From: Leptospiria bacterium
GTDB lineage: Bacteria; Spirochaetota; Leptospiria; Turneriellales; CBDBES01
DNA: 64,000 nt
NCBI GenBank assembly: GCA_965262015.1
Contig: OZ253494.1
Span: 229,308-293,307 of the forward strand
Direction of reading: 5' to 3'
Shown here one piece after another: positions 31,246 to 40,482 of the stretch (the stretch's first letter is position 1; every line of letters begins with the position of its first letter). A program made the translations under genes and the position numbers. The notes under the pieces are model-generated. The model worked only from the letters and a program-made list of their open reading frames with translations, had not been told where the DNA came from and did no database searches.

Positions 31246-33586
31246 CGACGAAGCAAAAAACTTTCTTCGTAAAGGCAATGCTCATCTTGCAGAAAAGAAA
31301 TTTGACCAGGCTATTAAAGACTATAGTCAAGCCATTAAATTAAACCCTGAATATACTTCAGCTTATTACAATCGTGGCGGGGCTTACATTAGTAAAGGTG
31401 AGTATGACCGTGCTATTGAGAACTATAGTCAAGTCATTGCATTAGACCCTAAAAGTACTTCAGCTTATTACGCTCGTGGCGGGATTTACATTAATAAAGG
31501 TGAGCATGACCGTGCTATTAAAGATTATAGTCAAGTCATTGCATTGGACCCTAAAAGTACTGATGCTTATTACGCTCGTGGTGGGGCTTATAGCAGGAAA
31601 GGTGAGTATGACTGTGCTATCGAGGACTATAGTCAAGTCATTGCCTTGGACTCTAAAAATACTTCAGCTTTTTTCAATCGTGGTTTGGCTTATAGTAGTA
31701 AAGGTGAGTATGACCGTGCTATTGAGGACTATAGTCAAGTCATTGCATTAGACCCTAAAAATACTTCAGCTTATTACGCTCGTGGTTTGGCTTATAGTAG
31801 TAAAGGTGAACATGACCGTGCTATCGAGGACTATAATCAAGTCATTGCCTTGGACCCTGAATATATTTCAGCTTTTTTCAATCGTGGCGGGGCTTATAGC
31901 AGTAAAGGTGAGTATGACTGTGCTATCGAGGACTATAGTCAAGCCATTGCATTGGACCCTAAAATGGCTGATGCTTATTATGCTCGTGGCGATGTTTACA
32001 TTAGTAAAGGTGAGTATGACCGTGCTATTGAGGACTACAGTCAAGTCATTGCATTGGACCCTAAAAATACTAATGTTTTTTTCAATCGTAGCGGGGTTTA
32101 TAGCAGGGAAGGTGAACATGACCGTGCTATCGAGGACTATAATCAAGTCATTGCATTAGACCCCAAAAATACTTCAGCTTATTACGCTCGTGGCGGGGTT
32201 TACCTTAATAAAGGTGAGTATGACTGTGCTATTGAGGATTACAGTCAAGTCATTGCCTTGGACCCTAAAAGTACTAATGCTTTTTTCAATCGTGGCGGGG
32301 TTTATAGCAGGAAAGGTGAGTATGACCGTGCTATTAAAGACTATAGTCAAGTCATTGCCTTGGACCCTAAAAATACTGATGCTTTTTTCAATCGTGGCAA
32401 GGTTTATAGTAGTAAAGGTGAACATGACCGTGCTATTGAGGGCTACAGTCAAGTCATTGCCTTGGACCCTAAAAATACTGATGCTTTTTTCAATCGTGGC
32501 AAGGTTTACAGTAGTAAAGGTGAACATGACCGTGCTATTGAAGACTATAATCAAGTCATTGCATTAGACCCTAAAAATACTTCAGATTATTACGCTCGTG
32601 GTGGGGCTTATAGCAGGAAAGGTGAGTATGACCGTGCTATCGAGGATTACAGTCAAGTCATTGCATTAGACTCTAAAAATACTTCAGCTTATTACGCTCG
32701 TGGCGGGGTTTACCTTAATAAAGGTGAGTATGACTGTGCTATCGAGGACTATAGTCAAGTCATTGCATTAGACTCTAAAAATACTGATGCTTATTACGCT
32801 CGTGGTTTGGCTTATAGTAGTAAAGGTGAACATGGCCACGCTATTGAGGATTACAATCAAGTTATTGCATTGGACCCTAAAAATACTGATGCTTTTTTCA
32901 ATCGTGGCGGGGTTTATAGTAATAAAGGTGAACATAACCGTGCTATTGAAGACTATAGTCAAGTCATTAAACTAAATCCTGAATATATTTCAGCTTATTA
33001 CAATCGTGGTTTGGCTTATCGAATTATAGGCAAAGAACAAGAGGCTATAAAAGATTTTAAAGAGGTAAATCAATTAGACCCGACTGTTATTCCAAAGGAG
33101 CAAGTTAAGAAAACAGATGAGAAAGTTACAGAAGTTGAAGAAACAGTTAAGAAAACAGATGAGAAGGTTACAGAAGTTCAAAATTTTCAGAGCATTTTCA
33201 AAGAGTTAAGAGACGAGTACAAAAAAGGAGAGGGTAGGTGGTTTTGGGCAAGTGTTTTGATTATCATTGGTGTTTTCATTGGTTTATGGTACTCAATATT
33301 ATGTCTTAAAGCAGACTATAAAAATTTGTATCCTCTTTATGTTTTCTCATCAATTATTACATTTATTATTATCCGCCAATACACCAACGCTAAACAGCTA
33401 CGAATTGAAGCCAGCAACCGGTTAGCGATGGCAAAGATGTTTGAAAAAATACAACAAACTAAAGACAATCCACATTATCAAGATTTCATACGCAAAATAA
33501 TTGACAGCATTGCCTATTCAATGCATAAAAATCAACAAGAATCGATAACACCAATTGATGAGATACTAAAACACTTTAAAAAATAA
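31238..33586 (+). CDS. TPR-repeat protein (18 repeats) with C-terminal 2TM domain
   Basis: 18 consecutive 34-aa TPR units (consensus AYYARGGAYSSKGEYDRAIEDYSQVIALDPKNTS), a duplicated VKKTDEKVTEV segment, then two TM helices (WFWASVLIIIGVFIGLWYSIL; LYVFSSIITFIIIRQY) and a ~90-aa helical tail. Confidence 0.85.
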   Translation: MSNDEAKNFLRKGNAHLAEKKFDQAIKDYSQAIKLNPEYTSAYYNRGGAYISKGEYDRAIENYSQVIALDPKSTSAYYARGGIYINKGEHDRAIKDYSQVIALDPKSTDAYYARGGAYSRKGEYDCAIEDYSQVIALDSKNTSAFFNRGLAYSSKGEYDRAIEDYSQVIALDPKNTSAYYARGLAYSSKGEHDRAIEDYNQVIALDPEYISAFFNRGGAYSSKGEYDCAIEDYSQAIALDPKMADAYYARGDVYISKGEYDRAIEDYSQVIALDPKNTNVFFNRSGVYSREGEHDRAIEDYNQVIALDPKNTSAYYARGGVYLNKGEYDCAIEDYSQVIALDPKSTNAFFNRGGVYSRKGEYDRAIKDYSQVIALDPKNTDAFFNRGKVYSSKGEHDRAIEGYSQVIALDPKNTDAFFNRGKVYSSKGEHDRAIEDYNQVIALDPKNTSDYYARGGAYSRKGEYDRAIEDYSQVIALDSKNTSAYYARGGVYLNKGEYDCAIEDYSQVIALDSKNTDAYYARGLAYSSKGEHGHAIEDYNQVIALDPKNTDAFFNRGGVYSNKGEHNRAIEDYSQVIKLNPEYISAYYNRGLAYRIIGKEQEAIKDFKEVNQLDPTVIPKEQVKKTDEKVTEVEETVKKTDEKVTEVQNFQSIFKELRDEYKKGEGRWFWASVLIIIGVFIGLWYSILCLKADYKNLYPLYVFSSIITFIIIRQYTNAKQLRIEASNRLAMAKMFEKIQQTKDNPHYQDFIRKIIDSIAYSMHKNQQESITPIDEILKHFKK
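31250..33085 (+). repeat. 102-bp coding tandem array (TPR units) with high nucleotide identity between units
   Basis: Recurring strings such as gaccgtgctattgaggactatagtcaagtcattgcattagaccctaaaaatact at 102-bp periodicity. This produces stop-free alternative frames on both strands. Confidence 0.85.
33104..33180 (+). repeat. 42-bp direct tandem duplication inside the TPR gene
   Basis: gttaagaaaacagatgagaa(a/g)gttacagaagtt occurs twice, 42 bp apart. Confidence 0.8.
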
Positions 33587-33634
33587 ACCAATGATCTGGA
33601 AGTAAATGTTGATCTGATTAAAATATTACAAAAT

Positions 33635-33661
33635 TTATAAACGTTTTGCTAACGTTTATAA
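33635..33661 (+). terminator. AT-rich hairpin downstream of the TPR gene (weak terminator candidate)
   Basis: 11-bp stem ttataaacgtt/aacgtttataa with 5-nt loop, 49 nt after the stop; no clean U-tract. Confidence 0.35.
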
Positions 33662-33675
33662 GAAAAGTGTGTTTC

Positions 33676-33782
33676 GTATAAATAAAACAGCGGTCAAGCA
33701 TATTGAAACCCAAATCGACCAGATGGTTTATAAACTTTATGACCTAACCGATGATGAGATAAAAGTTATTGAGGAGGGATAA
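33676..33782 (+). pseudogene. orphan R-M gene 3' tail remnant (copy B)
   Basis: Encodes ..AVKHIETQIDQMVYKLYDLTDDEIKVIEEG*. Near-identical in its 5' part to the remnant at 41028-41141. Confidence 0.75.
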
Positions 33783-33933
33783 TAGCAGAACTTGTAATTG
33801 TGATATCAAAAAATATGACGTTAATAGCCACATAGAAGACAATCCCAACAAGCAACAAAAATCTATAAATAAAAATCTAAAAATTATTATTTCACAATCT
33901 TATGTATAAATCATTAATAAATAGAACTAAATA

Positions 33934-36900
33934 ATGAGCCTATTACTATTAAAACAAACCTACAATCGAGATAATTACCTTGATTTTCTAGCGGACAAAT
34001 TTAAGTTTTCCAAGAATCTTGCCCCTATCAGCATAGAAAATAATGATGTTAAATTTTTTCAACGACTAGGCACAATCACCACCCATGATGATAAAGAACT
34101 TCCCGTCTTTGAAATTTATATCAAACCCAACACCCAATTAAGCAGAAATCGTGTGCAATTACGTAATTTAGTTGCTAAGCAAATCCAAACAGAAGACGGT
34201 GCCTTGGCGGTTTATATTGATGCGGATAACCAGCAATGGCGGTTTAGTTTTATTGCCATTGAATATAGCTTTTCCGCTGAAGGTATTAAAAAAGAGCAAA
34301 CAGCCAGCAAACGCTTTACTTACCTATTTGGCGAGAACACCAAAACCAGAACCGCAGAAGAAAGATTTAAAAAACTTAACAACCAATCCACCCTGCAAGA
34401 CCTAAAAGAAGATTTTGCCGTTGAAGCATTGAATAAAGAATTTTACGATAAACTTTATAGATGGTATGAAAAGGCACACAATCAAGTTACTTTCCCAAAT
34501 GATGAAAAAATGGAAAATCACATCCAAACCAGCCTGATTCGCCTTCTCACTCGCCTGCTATTCATATGGTTTATTAAAGAGAAAAAACTCATTAATCCTG
34601 ATTTATTTAACCAAGAGAAATTACAAAATCTGATTGATTACAACCAACCCAGCAGTTTTTATAAAGCGATATTACAAAACCTATTTTTTGCTACGCTCAA
34701 TGTTGAAATTAATAAACGTGATTTTAGAGATGAAGAAGATACTCAAGGTGCAAATAAAGACTACGGCAATCAATACCGTTATCGTTATCACGCTTTAGTA
34801 AAAAATAAGGGAAAATGGAAATCGTCCTTTACTGAAACACCTTTTTTAAATGGTGGTTTATTTGAAAGTTTGGATAAAAAATTAAATGAATTTGTATTAG
34901 ATGAAAATAATAATACTAAAAAAAATAGCTACGGTGATCAAATAATCAACCAAGAACATAAGAAACTTATTGATGATTGGAATGCAAATACTCGCCCAGA
35001 AAAAGCCATGATACGGATGGAGGGATTTTCCGAACACAAAAAGAACCCATTAAAAATTAGCAATCAGCTTTTTTTCAACAACGATGAAAATGATTTAGGC
35101 TTGATTGATTTATTTAATCAATACCAATTTACCGTCGAAGAAAGCACCTCTCTAGACATAGAAGTTGCCCTTGACCCCGAACTATTGGGCAAGGTGTTTG
35201 AAAACCTGCTTGCCAGTTCTAATCCAGAAACAGGACAACAGGCTCGCAAAGCCACTGGCAGTTTTTACACCCCACGAGAAATTGTTAATTACATGGTGGA
35301 TGAAAGCCTGAAAGCGTATTTTTATCAGCACACAGATCTAACAGACAAGCAGATCAATACCCTGTTTGATGAATCTGAATTCACCAAGCAAAAAAACACT
35401 TTGAGTAAGCAACAAACGATAACCCTGATCCACGCCATAGATAAGCTAAAAATTCTTGACCCAGCGGTGGGCAGTGGTGCTTATCCGATGGGGGTTTTAC
35501 AACGGCTGGTGCTAATTTTAGAAAAAGTGGATACAGAAAACACCCACTTCAAACAACAGCAAATCGACAAGGCACAACAAATCCCCGATGAAGCCAGTCG
35601 TACTAGTGCCATAGCGGCGATAGAGCAGGTTTTTTCACAACAAAACCAGCATAACGCTTATGGCAAGAAATTAATGCTAATCGAAAACTGCATTTATGGC
35701 GTGGACATCCAACCCATCGCCATTCAAATATGCAAACTACGCTTTTTTATCAGCTTAACCGTTGAGCAAACCCCCAACCAGGACAAAGCCGATAATTACA
35801 CCATCAAAGCCCTGCCTAATTTAGAAACCAAATTTATTGTTGCCAATAGCCTGTTGCCTTTGGGCGAGATGCCCACATATATGTTTAAGGGGAAAATAGA
35901 AGAACTACAACAACAATTAGCTAAAATACGGCATAAGCATTTTAGTGCCAAGACCTTAAAAACTAAACACGAATACCGCAACAAAGATAAGCAATTAAGA
36001 CAAGAGTTATCTCAATTACTGCGGGAAGATTATCAACAGAATTGCGTCTGGGCAGAGGCAATGAAAATTGTCGATACAAAGACAAATAAATTGATAAAAA
36101 ATAAAAAACATTACCAGAATAAAATAGATGGAGAAAAACAAAGAACGTTTTCATCGGATAATACAAACCGTGCTAGTGATAAAGAGCAACAGAATTGGCA
36201 AGATAAAATTATAGACTTAGAAGAAAATATTGCGTCAGAAAAAAAGATAATGCTACTCATATCCCACCATGATGAATCTCTAAAAAAGAAAAATATATGG
36301 GGAAAAGCTGAAACCACGGCAAAAGAAAACGCTGAAAAATTTTATGCCAGAGTGAGAAAAATCGCCAACTGGGATTTATATAATCAAAATGCTGTAGCTG
36401 ATTGGTTTCATCTTGAATGGCAATTTGGTGTTAAAAACGGCTTCGATATTGTTATTGGTAATCCACCTTATGCCCAAGTAAAAAGAAATGTCTATGCCAA
36501 AACTAACTTTCCTTATTCACAAGGAATAGACAAGGGCAAACAAAATCTTTACAAATTATTTGTAGAATTGTCCCATAATCTTTGCAAAAATAACGGCGTT
36601 GCCACAATGATTGTGCAAAGTAGTCTAATGGGCGACTTATCCTCTGCTGGAACACGGCAATTATTATTAGATAAAACACAACTCAAGCACATTATCGAGT
36701 TTCCAAAAATGGCAACATCAAGAGAAAGACAGGTATTTAACTCAGTTACACAAGGCACCTGTATTTATCAATTTATTAAACAATCCGTTGATAATTGCAC
36801 TATTGATATATCCATCAACAATGACAGTGAAAGTATTAAAAAACTAATTTTTTCACCCATTGAAAAGGCAACAATACATACACTTTATCCAAAATTTTTA

Positions 36901-37587
36901 TATTTCCCAAAAATTGCAACAGGCAACACCACTATTTTGCAAAAAATAGCTAATAACCCTTCAATCAAACCGCTTTCAGCCTTTATTCAATCAATGCAAC
37001 AGGGCGATATAAATTTAACCGCCCATTCATCTCAATTTTCCAATGAATTAACCTCTGTTAAACTGATGCGTGGTAGACATGTTGGGCAGTATACAATCAA
37101 ATATGAAATGGTAGATGAATATATTGTTGCAGGGTTTAAGACTGATAAAATCCAGCAAAATCAGGATAATAACTTTCTTATTTCTCAGCAAGTTACTGGG
37201 ACCAATGATGCCAGGAGATTGCATTTTGCGGTGAAAGATAATAACAATGAGCGGCTACTGTGGGGAAATTCAGTGAATAAAACTCTACTTAAAAACCAAA
37301 GTGAAAACCACTATTTTATGGCTCTGCTAAACGCTAAATTTATGGATTGGTATTTTCGAATCACTTCATCCAATAATCATGTTCAAGGCTATGAAATAGA
37401 ACAACTCCCCATCCCTAAAATATCAAAACCAGAACAACAGCCATTTATAGATTTAGTGGATAAAATTCTCACCGCCAAACAACATGGGCAAGACACCAGC
37501 ACACTAGAAACCGAAATAGATAAGATGGTTTACAAACTTTATGACCTCACTGAGGAGGAGATAAAAATTATTGAGGGTGAGAAATGA
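33934..37587 (+). CDS. type IIG restriction enzyme / gamma-class N6-adenine DNA methyltransferase fusion (Eco57I/PglX-like) with TaqI-like C-terminal specificity domain
   Basis: 1217 aa. Motifs GSFYTPREIVNYMV, SAM-binding ILDPAVGSGAY, catalytic IVIGNPPYAQV, C-terminal ..QVTGTND..GYEIEQLPIP..IDKMVYKLYDLTEEEIKIIEGEK. The N-terminal ~400 aa plausibly forms the nuclease/translocation part, but no catalytic motif was verified. Confidence 0.8.
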   Translation: MSLLLLKQTYNRDNYLDFLADKFKFSKNLAPISIENNDVKFFQRLGTITTHDDKELPVFEIYIKPNTQLSRNRVQLRNLVAKQIQTEDGALAVYIDADNQQWRFSFIAIEYSFSAEGIKKEQTASKRFTYLFGENTKTRTAEERFKKLNNQSTLQDLKEDFAVEALNKEFYDKLYRWYEKAHNQVTFPNDEKMENHIQTSLIRLLTRLLFIWFIKEKKLINPDLFNQEKLQNLIDYNQPSSFYKAILQNLFFATLNVEINKRDFRDEEDTQGANKDYGNQYRYRYHALVKNKGKWKSSFTETPFLNGGLFESLDKKLNEFVLDENNNTKKNSYGDQIINQEHKKLIDDWNANTRPEKAMIRMEGFSEHKKNPLKISNQLFFNNDENDLGLIDLFNQYQFTVEESTSLDIEVALDPELLGKVFENLLASSNPETGQQARKATGSFYTPREIVNYMVDESLKAYFYQHTDLTDKQINTLFDESEFTKQKNTLSKQQTITLIHAIDKLKILDPAVGSGAYPMGVLQRLVLILEKVDTENTHFKQQQIDKAQQIPDEASRTSAIAAIEQVFSQQNQHNAYGKKLMLIENCIYGVDIQPIAIQICKLRFFISLTVEQTPNQDKADNYTIKALPNLETKFIVANSLLPLGEMPTYMFKGKIEELQQQLAKIRHKHFSAKTLKTKHEYRNKDKQLRQELSQLLREDYQQNCVWAEAMKIVDTKTNKLIKNKKHYQNKIDGEKQRTFSSDNTNRASDKEQQNWQDKIIDLEENIASEKKIMLLISHHDESLKKKNIWGKAETTAKENAEKFYARVRKIANWDLYNQNAVADWFHLEWQFGVKNGFDIVIGNPPYAQVKRNVYAKTNFPYSQGIDKGKQNLYKLFVELSHNLCKNNGVATMIVQSSLMGDLSSAGTRQLLLDKTQLKHIIEFPKMATSRERQVFNSVTQGTCIYQFIKQSVDNCTIDISINNDSESIKKLIFSPIEKATIHTLYPKFLYFPKIATGNTTILQKIANNPSIKPLSAFIQSMQQGDINLTAHSSQFSNELTSVKLMRGRHVGQYTIKYEMVDEYIVAGFKTDKIQQNQDNNFLISQQVTGTNDARRLHFAVKDNNNERLLWGNSVNKTLLKNQSENHYFMALLNAKFMDWYFRITSSNNHVQGYEIEQLPIPKISKPEQQPFIDLVDKILTAKQHGQDTSTLETEIDKMVYKLYDLTEEEIKIIEGEK

Positions 37588-38036
37588 GTAAGCCCATTTA
37601 CACCATTATTGGTGGGGTCAATGGTTTGGGTAAAACGACTTTTGCACTCGATTATCTGGTGAACAATGTTGCTTGCAAGTATTTTATCAACGCCGACTTA
37701 ATTGCTGTTGGCTTGTCGCCCCTAGATTCAACTCAGCAATCAATAACCGCCAGTCGCCTGTTTTTACAACAAATTAAACAAGCCGTTATGCGTAAGAAAA
37801 ATTTTGCCTTTGAAACTACTTTATCGGGTAGAAGTTACTTGAAGCTCATTCGTCAATTACAGGCAGATGATTGGTTTGTTGAGCTGATTTATCTCTACTT
37901 GCCGAGCGTGCAATTATCTATTGAGCGAGTTGCAGAAAGAGTTAAGCATGGCGGGCATGATATTGCACTAACATCTATGGATAGAACTAGTTGCAACTAC
38001 GATTTGAGCCAACCGATGAGGCGTGCAAACTCGTAA
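37584..38036 (+). CDS. zeta-toxin-like P-loop kinase/ATPase (COG4185-type), C-terminus replaced by repeat sequence
   Basis: Walker A IIGGVNGLGKTTF. The start overlaps the R-M stop (ATGA). The last 21 aa (TSMDRTSCNYDLSQPMRRANS) come from the 93-bp repeat, so the native C-terminus is missing. Confidence 0.65.
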   Translation: MSKPIYTIIGGVNGLGKTTFALDYLVNNVACKYFINADLIAVGLSPLDSTQQSITASRLFLQQIKQAVMRKKNFAFETTLSGRSYLKLIRQLQADDWFVELIYLYLPSVQLSIERVAERVKHGGHDIALTSMDRTSCNYDLSQPMRRANS

Positions 38037-38061
38037 GATGAAATAAAAATCATTGAGGAGG
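37969..38061 (+). repeat. 93-bp perfect direct repeat, copy 1 (divergent R-M tail scar)
   Basis: 100% identical to 42261-42353; contains ..YDLSQPMRRANS* followed by DEIKIIEE. Confidence 0.9.
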
Positions 38062-38080
38062 CCGTAATGATAAAAAAATA

Positions 38081-38186
38081 AAACAACTTTTAGAAATAAA
38101 AAAACTGGAAACTATCTACCAGCAAAAAATAACTTATTTGGATGAGCTAAAAAAGAGCATACTACAAAAGCATTTAACGGAGAATT
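38081..38186 (+). pseudogene. C-terminal remnant of a type I R-M specificity subunit (hsdS)
   Basis: KQLLEIKKLETIYQQKITYLDELKKSILQKHL resembles the conserved C-terminal helix of HsdS (..LDELKKSLLQKAF..). No TRD is present. Confidence 0.5.
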
Positions 38187-40385
38187 ATGATAAAAAAAAT
38201 AAACATTAGTAACGTAGCGAGTTATAAAACTATAACTTCACTAGAAACTGATAAAAAGGTTAATCTAGTCTATGGGCTAAATGGCACGGGGAAAAGCATA
38301 TTTTCTAATTTTTTATATGATAGAAATGATAATAAATACTCAGGTTGTTCTATTGAAGGCATAACAGATGAAGAAAATATATCGGTTTATAATAAAAAAT
38401 TTATCGATGAGTTTTTCTATGTGCCTGATAATTTAGAAGGAATTTTTACGCTATCAAAGGAAAATAAAGAAGCAGAGCAGAAAATATTAGAAACGAAAAA
38501 AAAGAGAGATAAGTTAAATGAAAATAAAGAAGCTAAAGATAGTGAAATTAAGACAATAAACACAAGCATCGCTGAAAAGGAATCAACTTCTGAAAATAAA
38601 ACATGGGAAATTAAAATTAATTATTCTGGCGGGGATAGAGTGTTAGATTTTTGTTTAGATGGTTTGAAAAAAGAACAAAAGAAACTTTTTAACTATATTT
38701 TATCTATTCAGAAACCAACCACAGAACCCAGTAAAACAATAAAAGAACTTGAAAAAGATGTTCAATCTTTGCTCGGTAAGGATGCACAAAAATATTCCCC
38801 ATTGTCAATTATTCAATTTTTTCAACATACAATAGAAACAGACGCTATTTTTCAAAAGGAAATTATTGGTAATGAGAATAGCACTTTTGCAGATTTAATC
38901 AAAAAATTGAAAAATTCTGATTGGGTAAAAGAAGGGTTGGAATATTTGCCAAGTAAAATTGATAAAAATGGCAATCCTTGCCCTTTTTGCCAAAGCAATA
39001 CAATTACAAACACCGTTGCTTCGGATATAAAAAGCTACTTTGATGAATCTTATAAAAAAGATCAAGATACTCTAAGACAATTATTATCAGACTATGAGAC
39101 TGCTATAAAATCAATTATATCTATTGAAATATACAAAACAAATCCGTTTGTTCTAGAGCAGGTAACTGAGATTGAAAACAAATACAATCAAGTTATTGAA
39201 GTTTTGAAATCTAACAAGAGTAAAATAGAGAAAAAAATTGAAAACCCTAGTCAAAGATTTTCCATTGAGAACTCAACAAAAGAGATTGAAACTTTTAATC
39301 AATTTATTAGAGGTATCAATAAAACAATTGATGAATACAATAAAAAATTAGACAATAAACAAAACGAATTAGAGAATATAAAAAAAATATTTTGGGATAT
39401 TATGCGTTGGGATTATGACCAAATAATTTCATCGTATATCAAAGAGGAGCGTTCTTTTAAGGAAAAAAAATATTTGTTAGAAGAAGATGTAAGAATACTT
39501 AACGATGAGATTAAAAATCAAAATAATATCATTACACAAGAACAAAAAAAAACAACAAATATAGAAGATGCCATTGATAAGATAAATGGACGTTTAATAG
39601 ATTTAGGCATTGATAGTTTTATTATAAAAAAAGATGTAGATAAGAAGAATTTTTACAAAATAGTAAGAGGCAATTCAGCAGATAAATTAGAAACAAAAAT
39701 ATTCGAGACTCTAAGCGAGGGAGAAAAAATGATTATCACTTTTCTATACTTTGTTGAGTTATGCAAAGACAAAAAAATAAACTCTACGGAAACAGGGCGA
39801 AAAGAGATAATAGTAATTGATGACCCCATTTCTAGTTTATCGCATATCTACATATTTAATATTGGGCAGTTGATAAAAACAGAATTCCTAAATTCAAAGA
39901 ATTATAAACAAGTATTTTTACTAACACATAATTTATATTTTTTCTATGAGTTAACTGATATAAATCATGAACGTAGAGAGGCTAATCAAAAATTATTTCG
40001 ATTAGTTAAAAACTCTGATGGTAGTCATTTTGATGAAATGAGATATGAGGAAATTCAAAACGATTATCACGCTTATTGGCAGATTATAAAAAATGACGGG
40101 CAACCGCCTGCACTAATTGCAAACTGTATGAGAAATATTATTGAATACTTTTTTAATTTTATTGAAAAAGTGGATTTGAACGATGTTTTTCAAAAATCGG
40201 AATTGAAAGACAATAATAAATGTCAGGCTCTTTACAGATATATAAACAGAGAATCTCATTCTTCTGGTCAGAATATTTTTGATTCTAAAGAGTTCGATTA
40301 CAATTACTTCAAAGAGGCTTTTAGTTTGGTGTTTAAGAAAAATGGCTATGAAAAGCATTATAATAAAATGATAAAGATAAAATAG
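38187..40385 (+). CDS. RloC-like anticodon nuclease (AAA_13-type ATPase with coiled-coil zinc hook and PrrC-like C-terminal nuclease motif)
   Basis: Walker A VYGLNGTGKS, long coiled coil containing CPFCQ (CxxC hook), Walker B IIVIDDPISSLS, C-terminal R-x3-E...H pattern (CMRNIIEYFF...YINRESHS). Confidence 0.75.
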   Translation: MIKKINISNVASYKTITSLETDKKVNLVYGLNGTGKSIFSNFLYDRNDNKYSGCSIEGITDEENISVYNKKFIDEFFYVPDNLEGIFTLSKENKEAEQKILETKKKRDKLNENKEAKDSEIKTINTSIAEKESTSENKTWEIKINYSGGDRVLDFCLDGLKKEQKKLFNYILSIQKPTTEPSKTIKELEKDVQSLLGKDAQKYSPLSIIQFFQHTIETDAIFQKEIIGNENSTFADLIKKLKNSDWVKEGLEYLPSKIDKNGNPCPFCQSNTITNTVASDIKSYFDESYKKDQDTLRQLLSDYETAIKSIISIEIYKTNPFVLEQVTEIENKYNQVIEVLKSNKSKIEKKIENPSQRFSIENSTKEIETFNQFIRGINKTIDEYNKKLDNKQNELENIKKIFWDIMRWDYDQIISSYIKEERSFKEKKYLLEEDVRILNDEIKNQNNIITQEQKKTTNIEDAIDKINGRLIDLGIDSFIIKKDVDKKNFYKIVRGNSADKLETKIFETLSEGEKMIITFLYFVELCKDKKINSTETGRKEIIVIDDPISSLSHIYIFNIGQLIKTEFLNSKNYKQVFLLTHNLYFFYELTDINHERREANQKLFRLVKNSDGSHFDEMRYEEIQNDYHAYWQIIKNDGQPPALIANCMRNIIEYFFNFIEKVDLNDVFQKSELKDNNKCQALYRYINRESHSSGQNIFDSKEFDYNYFKEAFSLVFKKNGYEKHYNKMIKIK

Positions 40386-40482
40386 CCAAAGGAAAAACTC
40401 ATTGACATCTTGATAAAGAAAGATACAAGCCAAAAAATCAAAGTTTACTTATATCTTTGAGCAAAAAAACATAAAAAATAGC

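Noticed and set aside
31476-32975. Seven 62-126-aa ORFs on both strands inside the TPR gene (31476, 31782, 31868, 32174, 32190, 32768, 32787)
   Set aside because: They are repetitive out-of-frame or antisense readings of the 102-bp TPR array (for example the recurring MTVLLRT.VKSLHWTLK). A repeat unit with no stops in an alternative frame reproduces that open frame many times. There is no independent coding evidence.
31250-33085. A regular 102-bp periodicity that could be mistaken for a CRISPR-like or satellite array
   Set aside because: The units are contiguous with no unique spacers, lie in one long ORF and translate into canonical 34-aa TPR motifs. No cas genes are present.
33934-37587. 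The large methyltransferase as BREX PglX
   Set aside because: No brxA/B/C, pglZ or brxL-like genes are present in the island. The architecture fits a stand-alone type IIG enzyme equally well. Left as Eco57I/PglX-like.
38067-38084. ATGATAAAAAAATAAAAC, resembling the rloC start ATGATAAAAAAAATAAAC, as a duplicated gene start
   Set aside because: The match is short and almost pure A/T low complexity, so it cannot be distinguished from chance.
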